Positions 1 through 10,650 are shown, numbered from the whole stretch's first letter. The stretch is 63,661 bases of DNA, filler included, from Octopus bimaculoides (GCF_001194135.2; 5 parts of 5 records of this genome joined end to end with filler, not necessarily neighbours in it); one strand, 5' to 3'. The notes: a model not told the origin generated them from the letters alone. Program-made: numbers and translations.

Positions 1-138
1 ACGTCTGACGTTCCGTGTGTCACGTGGTTCGTCTGAGTTCATTGTTTCATTGTTGTTGTCTTGTGGGACTGTCGTAGTAAAATGTCATTGATATATATAT
101 GGCGGACATGACTTTTGTTTATTCATAACGAACATTGG
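1..138 (+). other. Putative non-coding first exon (5' leader) of the MAVS-like gene
   Basis: CpG-containing start, strong donor TGG|GTGAGT at 139-144, and no ORF joining the main CDS. The next strong acceptor (ttccttttag, 2266) lies 12 nt before a Kozak-context ATG. The splice link is inferred. Confidence 0.5.
5..27 (+). promoter_or_regulatory. Promoter-proximal motifs: TGACG half-CRE (6-10) and GTCACGTGG E-box (19-27)
   Basis: Motifs are visible in sequence in a CpG-rich patch ahead of the putative first exon; function untested. Confidence 0.3.
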
Positions 139-379
139 GTGAGTGCGTTCTTTGTATGTAATTGAACAATAAATGTAATAATTAAATTGTATAACTCGTT
201 ATGTTATCTCTGCGAGTCAGTCCGAGGGAAACATAACAATTATTTTACTGATTACAGAATAAACTACGACAGAGTCTTTGTTCAATTCATGGGCATATTG
301 TCAATTTACTTTATAATCTATGCATCATATCTATATGTTTGTGTAATATCAATATGTGCAATACATACACAAACAGAAA

Positions 380-1130
380 ACTGCTCAGAGGGCAGTTTTT
401 CTGCTGGTTATTTTTAATTACCATTATATCAAGAAATGGTAATTTTGTGTTGCTCATTTACTTTATGACTTTCAGAGTTAGATGTAGATTGTTCAGAAGG
501 ACATGGAGTTCTTTCAAAGTATCCACAATTTTGTCTAGATTAGGAAACAATCATCAAGATGTCCTTTCCATGTGCCCTCTATATATTTCCTCTAATCTTT
601 TGTACAGTTTTGTCCCTAGTATCCAATTACTGAGTTTACATAAACTGGAGCAAAATTTGTTCCCATCACTGTACCTCTATCTTGGTAGTTGTTTCCATTA
701 AAAGTTTATGGTGAATATACTAGGAATTGCTTGTTTATGTTTTATGACCCAATGTTTAATTACAATTATTTCTAAACTGTGTGGAATATTTGTTTAGAGG
801 TTTACTGCATGAAAAATAACCAATAACATTCAGTTTTCATGTTTTAGGTAGATGTAATATGAAATCCCAAATGAAACTCAATATATGGGTACAGAATGGT
901 TTCAAAAAGATGTCAACAAAATTACTTACTAGACCAGCTATGATAGGTCTCAGTTTTAGGTGCATTGGTGGTAGCAATTTTATGTATTCACCACCATGTT
1001 CCTTAACAGGTATTACAGAAAAAGATGAAATACACATTCTTGCCCTCATATAATTACAGCAGCAGTTAAGCAAGTTGTGGAGGGATCAGTGATAGAAAGA
1101 TGAGAGGATTTGAGGGAAGGCTCGACAAGC
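380..1130 (-). mobile_element. Degraded Penelope-like element, reverse transcriptase fragment (in intron 1)
   Basis: Minus-strand translation across stops and frameshifts gives LKLRPIIAG..SNFVDIFLKPF, TNIPH, GTVMGTNFAPVYVN, WKGHLDDCFL and LNNLH...LPFLDIMVIK, the ordered PLE RT motifs. Confidence 0.75.
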
Positions 1131-1274
1131 TAATTGAGCTAGGGTCCTAGTTGTGTATGTATACATTAGGATTTCAGAACAACAGATTCACCAAAAGGTG
1201 TGAGAGCTCTTAAAGCACTACTTAACATCAGTCATTTTGATCCTTTCTTATCTCCTTCATGGTCTCCGTCCACA

Positions 1275-2155
1275 AGCTCTTTTCACATGGAAATATGCTG
1301 TGCTTGAGAAGACCCGGCAAGCCAAGTGAGACAATAATCCGAGGCCTCTGCCAGGGGTGTAGCCAGCCCACTTATGCGTACCTTTCCTTCATTGGACATT
1401 AAACTCCGCTTGCGAAGACCTGTTGAGGCAAATCGAAATCGAACCAAATTCGACGACTGGCACCCGTGCCAACGTCTCCTTTATTGGACACTAAACTCGG
1501 CTTGCAAAGACCTGTTGGGACAAATGAAAGCGAAATNNNNNNNNNNNNNNNNNNNNNNNNNNNNNNNNNNNNNNNNNNNNNNNNNNNNNNNNNNNNNNNN
1601 NNNNNNNNNNNNNNNNNNNNNNNNNNNNNNNNNNNNNNNNNNNNNNNNNNNNNNNNNNNNNNNNNNNNNNNNNNNNNNNNNNNNNNNNNNNNNNNNNNNN
1701 NNNNNNNNNNNNNNNNNNNNNNNNNNNNNNNNNNNNNNNNNNNNNNNNNNNNNNNNNNNNNNNNNNNNNNNNNNNNNNNNNNNNNNNCACGTAAATACCA
1801 CCATTTGAGCGTGAGCGTTACCAGCATCGCCTTCCTGGCACATAAAAAGTCATTCGAGCGAGGTCGTTGCCAGTGCTGCTGGACTGGCTCCTGTGCAGGT
1901 GGTGACATGTAAAATACACCATTTTGAACGTGGCCGTTGCCAGTACCGTGTGACTGGCCTTCATGCCGGTGTCATGTAAAAGCACCCACTACACTCTCGG
2001 AGTGGTTGGCGTTAGGAAGGGCATCCAGCTGTAGAAACTCTGCCAGATAAGATTGGAGCCTGGTGTAGCCATCTGGTTCGCCAGTCCTCAGTCAAATCGT
2101 CCAACCCATGCTAGCATGGAAAGCAGACGTTAAACGATGATGATGATGATGATGC
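1275..2155 (+). mobile_element. 3' end of an RTE-type LINE or related SINE (family B), contains N gap
   Basis: Encodes WKYAVLEKTRQAK*, then the shared core ggttggcgttaggaagggcatccagc, ending ccaacccatgctagcatggaaagcagacgttaaac(gat)n. Many copies occur in the window. Confidence 0.7.
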
Positions 2156-2278
2156 ATATATATATATATATGTCTATATATTCAGGTGATGTATTTCTGC
2201 TAGATAACCTAAATATTTGCTTATCTAACGAAACCATTGTTTATAGGTTTATTTATTTCCTTTTAGGTTTAAGAAATC

Positions 2279-2374
2279 ATGGAAATCCCTGAGGAGATTG
2301 CTGATAGGCTGGAGAAAGAAGTCAATGCTAAACACTTGCTGAGCGAACTAAAAGGTTTAACTGACATAGCTCGT
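2279..2374 (+). CDS. MAVS: MAVS-like adaptor, coding exon 1 (CARD N-terminal part, MEIPEEIADRLEKEVNAKHLLSELKGLTDIAR)
   Basis: Acceptor ttccttttag at 2266, strong aaatcATGG start, donor CGT|GTAAGT at 2375, phase 0. Joins the next exon in frame. Confidence 0.8.
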
Positions 2375-2921
2375 GTAAGTCTCTCTTTCTCTCTCTTTCT
2401 CCCTCTCTCTCTCTCTCTCTCTTTCTCCCTCTCTCCCCTCTCTCTCTCTCTCTCTCGCTTTCTCCCCCTCTCTCTCTCTCTCCCTNNNNNNNNNNNNNNN
2501 NNNNNNNNNNNNNNNNNNNNNNNNNNNNNNNNNNNNNNNNNNNNNNNNNNNNNNNNNNNNNNNNNNNNNNNNNNNNNNNNNNNNNNNNNNNNNNNNNNNN
2601 NNNNNNNNNNNNNNNNNNNNNNNNNNNNNNNNNNNNNNNNNNNNNNNNNNNNNNNNNNNNNNNNNNNNNNNNNNNNNNNNNNNNNNNNNNNNNNNNNNNN
2701 NNNNNNNNNNNNNNNNNNNNNNNNNNNNNNNNNNNNNNNNNNNNNNNNNNNNNNNNNNNNNNNNNNNNNNNNNNNNNNNNNNNNNNNNNNNNNNNNNNNN
2801 CTTTCTCCCCCTCTCTCTTCTAACTGTGTTATTAACTATATCTCTGCCATTGATATTTGTTGTTATTTGTATTTATTCTTCGCTCTCTTCTGAAATAACA
2901 GACCTAAAATACGTCAGTGAT

Positions 2922-3115
2922 TTACTGTCTGTTTTCCATGCTGGCATGGGTTGGAATGGTTTGACAGGAGCTGGAAAGGCCATGGGCTACACCAGGTTTT
3001 GGCATGCTTTCTACAATTGGCTGCCCATCCTCACACCAATCATTTTACAGAGTGTATTGAGTGCTTTTTACATGGCATCATCAATGCTTTGTATGTGGCA
3101 CCAGGACAGTGGTTT
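2922..3115 (-). mobile_element. Family B (RTE-related) repeat copy
   Basis: Reverse complement of the family B tail (tccatgctggcatgggttgga...ggctgcccatcctcacaccaa). Confidence 0.6.
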
Positions 3116-3117
3116 TT

Positions 3118-3336
3118 GAATTCAATGCTATACTTGTTGCCAACCCTCACCTTACTGACAGCATTCCTGTACATGGCTTGTACAGGTCTCACCAACCACT
3201 TATCTATCCCTAGTTTCTGCATTGATCACCAGATAAGGGAGTAGGGGACCCTGTCAAAGGCTTTCTCTATGTCAATGAAAGAGGTTTATTCTCCCCCACT
3301 GATGCTATATTTCTGGTAAGGCAGCTGCAGGAGAGG
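3118..3336 (-). mobile_element. RTE LINE RT fragment with an inverted 5' piece
   Basis: Minus strand reads FIDIEKAFDRVPYSLIW*SMQKLGIDKWLVRPVQAMY. The normally upstream motif TDAIFLVRQLQE lies on the + strand at 3296-3336. Confidence 0.7.
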
Positions 3337-3364
3337 CTTATTAGTGTCTCTCTAATGTTGGTGT

Positions 3365-3520
3365 AATTTCAAGGGAGCAGGCGAGTCGATTACAATGACC
3401 CCAGTACACAACTGGTACTTATTTTATCAACCCTGAAAGGACAAAAGGTAAAGTCGACCTCAGCAGCATTTGAACTCGGAATGTAAAGACAGATGAAATT
3501 TTGCTAAACATGATATTAAT
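3365..3520 (-). mobile_element. SINE family C copy
   Basis: Shared core ccccagtac..actggtacttattttatc.accc.gaaagga..aaagg.aaagtcgacctc...atttgaactc, as in the other family C copies. Confidence 0.65.
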
Positions 3521-3743
3521 ATTTTAAAATCTTAGTGAGAGGGGGATATTTGATTAAATCAACCCTGGTGCTTTACTGTTACTCATTTCGTTGAAAGGCA
3601 GCCTCAGTATAATTTGAACTCAGAACATAAAGATGGATTCATTTCATCTTGCATGATAACTATTCTACCAGCCTTCTGCCTTCTTAATAATAAAAAAACA
3701 TGTCTTTTGCTTATTTTATATTATCAGTCTTTCTTTTTCACAG

Positions 3744-3909
3744 CAGGAGATAGAACGCGAAATTGATAGACACGGCATTAATTTGGGCATGAAGGAAATT
3801 ATAAGACACTTTCCTAGATTTGACAATTGGGATTATTATTTGGTGAAAGCATTGAAATCTAGAGCCATACAGAAGAAAGCTATTGCTGAGGAATTGAGCC
3901 AATGGATTT
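3744..3909 (+). CDS. MAVS: MAVS-like adaptor, coding exon 2 (CARD C-terminal part, QEIEREIDRHGINLGMKEIIRHFPRFDNWDYYLVKALKSRAIQKKAIAEELSQWI)
   Basis: Acceptor ttctttttcacag, donor T|GTAAGT at 3910, open frame, phase 0 to 1. The pattern EI..E....G....l...f.r..NW..yLv.AL.....IAEEL resembles MAVS/RIG-I-type CARD helices 4-6. Confidence 0.8.
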
Positions 3910-4082
3910 GTAAGTATAATGCTAGGGAGGAAGGGTGAGAAGTAGGCTGTGTGCTGAAGAAGTTTCTTTTGCAACTCCACAGTTCCAGGTTCAATCCAAC
4001 TGCACTGCACTTTGGACACATGTTCATATGTATCACACAATCCAAGTTTTGTGTTATGTATTGTCAAAAGTGTGGGAAGAAT

Positions 4083-4218
4083 ATTTGCTTTCCAACCATA
4101 TGGTTCCAGGTTGTCACACTCTGAGGCAAGTGTCTTCTACTATACGCCTGGGCAGCTCAAAGACTTGTGATTGGATTTGGTAAATGGAAACTGAAAGAAG
4201 CCTGTCATATATATATGT
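4083..4218 (+). mobile_element. SINE family A, 5' half
   Basis: ccaaccatatggttcc..gcaagtgtcttctactata..ggatttggta..ggaaactgaaagaagcc matches the family A head. Confidence 0.6.
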
Positions 4219-4220
4219 AC

Positions 4221-4540
4221 ATTCTTTTATTTGACTGCGGCCATGCCGGAGTACCACCTTCGGGGGTGTTTAAGTAAAAAAAATTGAACCCAGGATTTAT
4301 TTTTTGTAAGCCTAGTACTTATTGTATTGGTCTTTTTTGCCGAACTGCTAAGTTACAGGGACAGAAACAAACCAACATCGGTTGTCAAGTGATGATGGTG
4401 GGGGACAAACACACAAATACATACATATATATATATATGCACAACAGGCTTCTTTCAATTTCCATCTACCAAATCCATTCACAAGACTAAAGTAGAAGAC
4501 ACTTACCCAAGGTGCCACACAGTGGGACTGAACCCGAAAC
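4221..4540 (-). mobile_element. SINE family A copy
   Basis: Reverse complement of family A (tttgactgcggccatg...cctagtacttatt...ccaaggtgccacacagtgggactgaaccc). Confidence 0.7.
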
Positions 4541-4819
4541 TATATATATATATATATGTATAAATAAATATATGGATGGTATTACTAAAATACCATCACG
4601 AGTGGCAAGTGAATTATCAGCCATACAGGCAAATTAATAAAATATATACATACAATATTAGATATGTACATATATACACAAGGGCACTACATGAGCCCCT
4701 ACATATCTATAATAGAAGTCAAAAATACTTCTGTGCCACTGAATAGTCACAAATCTATTACAGACATGATAGGAAAAAATATCAGTGAACAATATATGTA
4801 TATATATATATATATGCAT

Positions 4820-5197
4820 CGTCATCATCATCATTGTTTAATGTCCGCTTTTGACTGAGGACTGGGGAACCAAATGGCTACACCAGGCTCCAATCTAATT
4901 TGGCAGAGTTTCTACAGCTGGATACCCTTCCTAATGCCAACCACTCAGAGAGTGTAGTGGGTGCTTTTACATGACACTGGCATGAAGGCCAGTTAGGCGG
5001 TACTGGTAACGATTTCACTTGCCTCAACAGGTCTTTGCAAGCGGAGTTTAGTGTCCAATGAAGGAAAGGTACGAATAAGTGGGCTGGCTACATCCCTGGC
5101 AGAGGCCTTGGATTTTGGTCTTACTTGGCTTGCCGGGTCTTCTTACGCACAGCATATTTCCAAAGGTCTTAGTCACAAGTCATTGCCTCGGTGAGGC

Positions 5198-5200
<3 letters not shown>
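4820..5200 (-). mobile_element. Family B (RTE-related) repeat copy
   Basis: Reverse complement of the 1275-2155 element (gtttctacagctggatacccttcctaatgccaaccactc...gggtcttcttacgcacagcatattt). Confidence 0.7.
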
Positions 5201-5240
<40 letters not shown>

Positions 5241-5247
<7 letters not shown>

Positions 5248-5506
5248 AATAATAGCAGGATAACTACATCAAAGAATCATCACAGAAGATATAAGTCCAA
5301 AGTAATATTGGATTAGTTATATAGATTAGTTATATATAGATTATATATAGATTATAGACTAGTTATATAGATGTATAAATATATGAAACATGATTATTTA
5401 AAAAGTTTATAAAGTGCTTTATATATTTATACATCTATCTATTAATACAATATTATTTGGGACTTATATCTTCTGTGATGTAGTTTTCCTGCTCTTATTT
5501 TATAAT
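5241..5506. mobile_element. MITE with ~65-bp imperfect terminal inverted repeats
   Basis: Left arm attataaaataatagcaggataactacatc..acagaagatataagtccaaagtaatattg; the right arm reverse-complements to attataaaataagagcaggaaaactacatcacagaagatataagtcccaaataatattg. TA-rich flanks. Confidence 0.65.
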
Positions 5507-5630
5507 TTAATATATAATCGTTCTTAGTAAATGTCTAAATACTTTTAATGTTTTAGACATTTCCCTACCAAGAGTACTTACTAGAAATTCAGTATATTGT
5601 ATTCTCATTGAATATATTTGATTAATGATA

Positions 5631-5675
<45 letters not shown>

Positions 5676-5933
5676 CAAATAAGAAAATGGAGAGGATAAA
5701 CAATCGACAAACATCAGCCTGTAAACATTCAATTATATCGATTTATTAATTGGTAACAATCATATGTGTAAGTGATCCAAATAAATGAATGAAATAAATA
5801 AGTAAATAAATGTATAAATAAAAATAAACAAGTAAGAATAAATGAGGAGAGAGGGGGGTGAGAAGGGGAATGGGTTGAGTGGTGAAAATGTGTGTGTGTT
5901 CTGGCTAAATTCCTTTCTCTTCTAACATTGCAG

Positions 5934-6047
5934 GTAGAAAGAAAAAATTTCACTGTTCGCTCATTCATTTTGAATACTTCTCATGCCTAGACGAGTTAAA
6001 TGATGCTGATTTGAATCCAAACTGGAAGGATTTGGCTCATAAATTGA
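5934..6047 (+). CDS. MAVS: MAVS-like adaptor, coding exon 3 (start of death domain, ...LDELNDADLNPNWKDLAHKL)
   Basis: Acceptor ctttctcttctaacattgcag, donor A|GTAAGA at 6048, phase 1 to 1, open. NWKDLAHKL matches the death-domain W..LA..L motif. Confidence 0.78.
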
Positions 6048-6174
6048 GTAAGAATGGTTCTGTTTTTCTTCACATTCTATGATGATGGTGTTTGTTTATT
6101 GCTGAGATCAACCTCAGCTAATCTTATGAATGCATTCTAGCTTTGAACATCTTGTCTTTATTCTCATATACTGT

Positions 6175-6420
6175 ATCATCATCATCATCATCATCATCAT
6201 CATCTTCATTTAATGACTGCCTTCCATGCTGTCATGGGTTGGACAGCTTGACAGGAGCTGGCACGGCCAGGAGCCACACCAGGTTCTGTAGTCTGGGTTT
6301 TCTTTCAACAGCTGGATGCCCTTCCTAATGCCAACCCTTTTACAGGGGGTACAAAGGGTGCTTTTTTTATGTGGCACCATCACGAGTGCTTTTTCCATGA
6401 TATCTTGGCTCTCAGGCATC
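6175..6420 (-). mobile_element. Family B (RTE-related) repeat copy with (CAT)n tail
   Basis: ttccatgctgtcatgggttggacag...cagctggatgcccttcctaatgccaac. Confidence 0.65.
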
Positions 6421-6749
6421 TAGAGCTATATTATTCAATGTGTGGTATAGAGTTTCTCCGGCTACAGTATCATGTGTGTTGTTAGTCTTAGGATTGCTGG
6501 AATCATTAAACATCAAAGAAACTGTTTTGTGGTCTTTCATTTTGGCCCTTTACTATCCTCTTCATCACCATTATCTTCATCATCATCCATTCATTTTTCC
6601 CCTGTTTGTATGGTCTCCAACTTTGAGCAATACCTTACCATATTTTGTCATTTCTTTTTTGAGAAATTCTATTTTCTGAAATCAGTGTTCATCACTTCTC
6701 ATTGTCTCTGCTTCTTTGTTGGGTTGGGCATCTTGACAGGAGCACAATG

Positions 6750-7300
6750 TTCTCTCTTCTGCACAACTCATGATACCTCTTATTCACAGTTTTTCTTTCA
6801 ACTCCTTTCACATCCTCCATAGCATCCTCACCTCACTTCTTTCTGCACTTCGCATATCCTTCACAACAATTTCTTTTCTTCATCATCATCATGAACAGAA
6901 TCAGCATCACCATCATTATCTCGTTACCATCAGTCCTCATTTCCATCACCATCACCATCATCATCATCATCTGTTACAGGTTAAACAGGTCTTGATCAAT
7001 TATGTGAGAGGACCCTGGTGGTCTGACACAGTTGCTTCTTCCAGTGAGTTTCTTGGTCTTCTCATGCTGCTCTATATGTGCAGCATCCCCATCTAGGATA
7101 CAGAGACCAGATCCTCTTTCTTTAGGTTTGTTGACTTGCAAGTTACAGGATGACCTCACTAGTGCCAGTGCCACATAAAAAGCACCTGGTCCACTCTGCA
7201 AAGCGATTGGCGTTAGGAAGGGCATCCAGCCGTAGAATCCACACCAAAGCAAACACTGGAGTATGACTTGTTGGTTCTTTGTCAAACCATTCAACATGAT
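6750..7300. mobile_element. Mosaic of decayed RTE LINE 3' fragments in both orientations
   Basis: Minus-strand ELKEKL*IRGIMSCAEER and a 3' ORF tail, followed by a + strand family B core (ttggcgttaggaagggcatccagc). Confidence 0.45.
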
Positions 7301-7435
7301 GATGATGGCAGTGGTGGTGGCTTGCAAAGAATAACTCCATAGCACAAATTTCCAACATTGCAATCACTGTAGATCCATAAATTTGGTCGGAGAACACATG
7401 TTTTTACATCTTTCACCAATATAATAGTAATATCT

Positions 7436-7499
<64 letters not shown>

Positions 7500-8617
7500 N
7501 NNNNNNNNNNNNNNNNNNNNNNNNNNNNNNNNNNNNNNNNNNNNNNNNNNNNNNNNNNNNNNNNNNNNNNNNNNNNNNNNNNNNNNNNNNNNNNNNNNNN
7601 NNNNNNNNNNNNNNNNNNNNNNNNNNNNNNNNNNNNNNNNNNNNNNNNNNNNNNNNNNNNNNNNNNNNNNNNNNNNNNNNNNNNNNNNNNNNNNNNNNNN
7701 NNNNNNNNNNNNNNNNNNNNNNNNNNNNNNNNNNNNNNNNNNNNNNNNNNNNNNNNNNNNNNNNNNNNNNNNNNNNNNNNNNNNNNNNNNNNNNNNNNNN
7801 NNNNNNNNNNNNNNNNNNNNNNNNNNNNNNNNNNNNNNNNNNNNNNNNNNNNNNNNNNNNNNNNNNNNNNNNNNNNNNNNNNNNNNNNNNNNNNNNNNNN
7901 NNNNNNNNNNNNNNNNNNNNNNNNNNNNNNNNNNNNNNNNNNNNNNNNNNNNNNNNNNNNNNNNNNNNNNNNNNNNNNNNNNNNNNNNNNNNNNNNNNNN
8001 NNNNNNNNNNNNNNNNNNNNNNNNNNNNNNNNNNNNNNNNNNNNNNNNNNNNNNNNNNNNNNNNNNNNNNNNNNNNNNNNNNNNNNNNNNNNNNNNNNNN
8101 NNNNNNNNNNNNNNNNNNNNNNNNNNNNNNNNNNNNNNNNNNNNNNNNNNNNNNNNNNNNNNNNNNNNNNNNNNNNNNNNNNNNNNNNNNNNNNNNNNNN
8201 NNNNNNNNNNNNNNNNNNNNNNNNNNNNNNNNNNNNNNNNNNNNNNNNNNNNNNNNNNNNNNNNNNNNNNNNNNNNNNNNNNNNNNNNNNNNNNNNNNNN
8301 NNNNNNNNNNNNNNNNNNNNNNNNNNNNNNNNNNNNNNNNNNNNNNNNNNNNNNNTATATATATATATATATACATACTGATTTGATTTATCTTTTCCTA
8401 TGTTTCCACTATGGGTTTCTTTTCTCTCTTAAATAAATTTCCTCTCTTGCTGACAACTTAATCACAAAACCTTTGAACTAGCTGAAAATGATTGCCATTA
8501 AAGAAAAATTGATACCAATTTGTCAAACCAGTATAGTAATATTATTTTCCATACAAATATTACTTAATTTTGTCTTTGTGAATTGACTGAGTGTTATTCT
8601 TGTTTTTATATCCCTAG

Positions 8618-9381
8618 AGCTCAAAACAGAAGACATAAACAAAATAGAAAAGAATCAGAGGCTGGAAAAGAATTTTATGTACTATGTAATAGAAAAATTA
8701 GGAGAGAAAAGCCTTGACAACTTGTTGTTAGCATTGAAAGAGCTCAGACTAACTAGAATGTGTGATGAAATTGAAGAAAGGGTTGAATTCAGACAACACC
8801 CACAACAGAATCATCAAGCTCAGCCATTTGAACCACCAACAGGGACAGCTTATTCATATGATAGTTATTTTCAAGAAAACAAACTGAAGGAGGAAGAGAA
8901 AAAAGGAGTTAGTAGTAAATTAAACTCAAGTTTAACTCATGATAAACATCCAATTGAGTGTACATCGCTAAAATCTGAATCTAGGCCTTTAAATCCGATT
9001 ACAGACCAAGAAAATAAACTAAAGAAGTTTAATAATGCGGAAAAGAATGAAAATACCATTGAAAGTCACTCTAGCCCAGAGGACAATACTAGTGTGAAAG
9101 CAACAGCAATATACTCCTGTTCAGGATATGATGAACAACAGATAGAATCTGACTCTATTGACTCTCAGGATGAAGAGAATAACCTCAATATAGATGAGAG
9201 AAATTTAGATGCTTCAGCAGCTGAAGAGATGCCAGATGTGGCACCACCCAATAATGATCGTACGAATGAGAGGATCAATTCTGAGAATGGTGACGTTGCA
9301 GATATTAAAATTTGTGTAATAATTTTTTTGGGGATCTGTATTACTGGAATGTTCTTAGTACGCAAATATTTTAAACATTAA
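8618..9381 (+). CDS. MAVS: MAVS-like adaptor, last coding exon (rest of death domain, acidic Ser/Asn-rich linker, C-terminal transmembrane anchor ICVIIFLGICITGMFLV-RKYFKH*)
   Basis: Acceptor tgtttttatatccctag at 8617; phase 1 joins in frame with the 8677 ORF. Death-domain pattern L..edI..Ie......k...sldnLllALkel.l..mcdeI. Single hydrophobic C-terminal helix flanked by basic residues. Total CDS 1140 nt = 379 aa. Confidence 0.85.
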
Positions 9382-9503
9382 CTTTGATCCAAGGAAAGCC
9401 TATGGAAACTAAAAGGATTGTCCCAAGTTACAACAAAGCGTCCACATATACATGCATGCACACACGTATAATATATAAGTATTTACATATAAATCATAAC
9501 AAA

Positions 9504-9557
<54 letters not shown>

Positions 9558-9963
9558 NNNNNNNNNNNNNNNNNNNNNNNNNNNNNNNNNNNNNNNNNNN
9601 NNNNNNNNNNNNNNNNNNNNNNNNNNNNNNNNNNNNNNNNNNNNNNNNNNNNNNNNNNNNNNNNNNNNNNNNNNNNNNNNNNNNNNNNNNNNNNNNNNNN
9701 NNNNNNNNNNNNNNNNNNNNNNNNNNNNNNNNNNNNNNNNNNNNNNNNNNNNNNNNNNNNNNNNNNNNNNNNNNNNNNNNNNNNNNNNNNNNNNNNNNNN
9801 NNNNNNNNNNNNNNNNNNNNNNNNNNNNNNNNNNNNNNNNNNNNNNNNNNNNNNNNNNNNNNNNNNNNNNNNNNNNNNNNNNNNNNNNNNNNNNNNNNNN
9901 NNNNNNNNNNNNNNNNNNNNNNNNNNNNNNNNNNNNNNNNNNNNNNNNNNNNNNNNNNNNNNN

Positions 9964-10013
<50 letters not shown>

Positions 10014-10273
10014 GATGATTGCCTCATCTTGTCAGATTATAAGCGTGCCACATTCAACCTGACTTACTTTTGTCCTTACATGTGCACAGATACGACTTTC
10101 ACACGTTGCCAGGCATCGATCGCCATAAGACTACAAAATACATCAAGAAATGAAATGATGGTCAGACATCTGTACATCATTTGATTTTAGTGGCAAAACT
10201 TGCACAACTCTTTTGCCACTCTCTCAGTTGCCAGAGCAGGTTCTAGTGGTAGACATATACGTACACACAGGAT

Positions 10274-10650
10274 TGGCTATCTGGTAAGAAGTTTGCTTCC
10301 CAACCACATGGTTCCGGGTTCAGTCCCACCTTGGGTAAGTGTCATCTACTATAGCCCCAGGCCAACCAAAGCCTTGTGAATGGATTTGGTAGACAGAAAC
10401 TGAAAGAAACCCATCATATATATATATTTATGTATGTAAATGTGTGTTTGTGTTTGTCCCCCTACCATCACTTGACAACCAATGTTGGTGTTTTTAGGTC
10501 TCCATAACTTAGCGGTTCTACAAAAGAGATCAATGGAATAAGTACTAGGCTTACATAGAATAAGTCCTGGGGTTGATTTGTTCAACCAAAGGCGGTGCTC
10601 CAGCATGGCTACAGTCAAATGACTGAAACAAGTAAAAGAGTAAAAGAGTA
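10274..10650 (+). mobile_element. SINE family A, full copy
   Basis: Head tggcta..tggtaagaagtttgcttcccaaccacatggttccgggttcagtcccac; tail ggcggtgctccagcatggctacagtcaaatgactgaaacaagtaaaagagtaaaag. Confidence 0.8.

Noticed and set aside
8677-8679. Met146 as a miniMAVS-like internal start (human miniMAVS starts at Met142)
   Set aside because: Weak context (tttATGt), it lies mid death domain, and Met48 in better context would intercept leaky scanning; likely coincidence.
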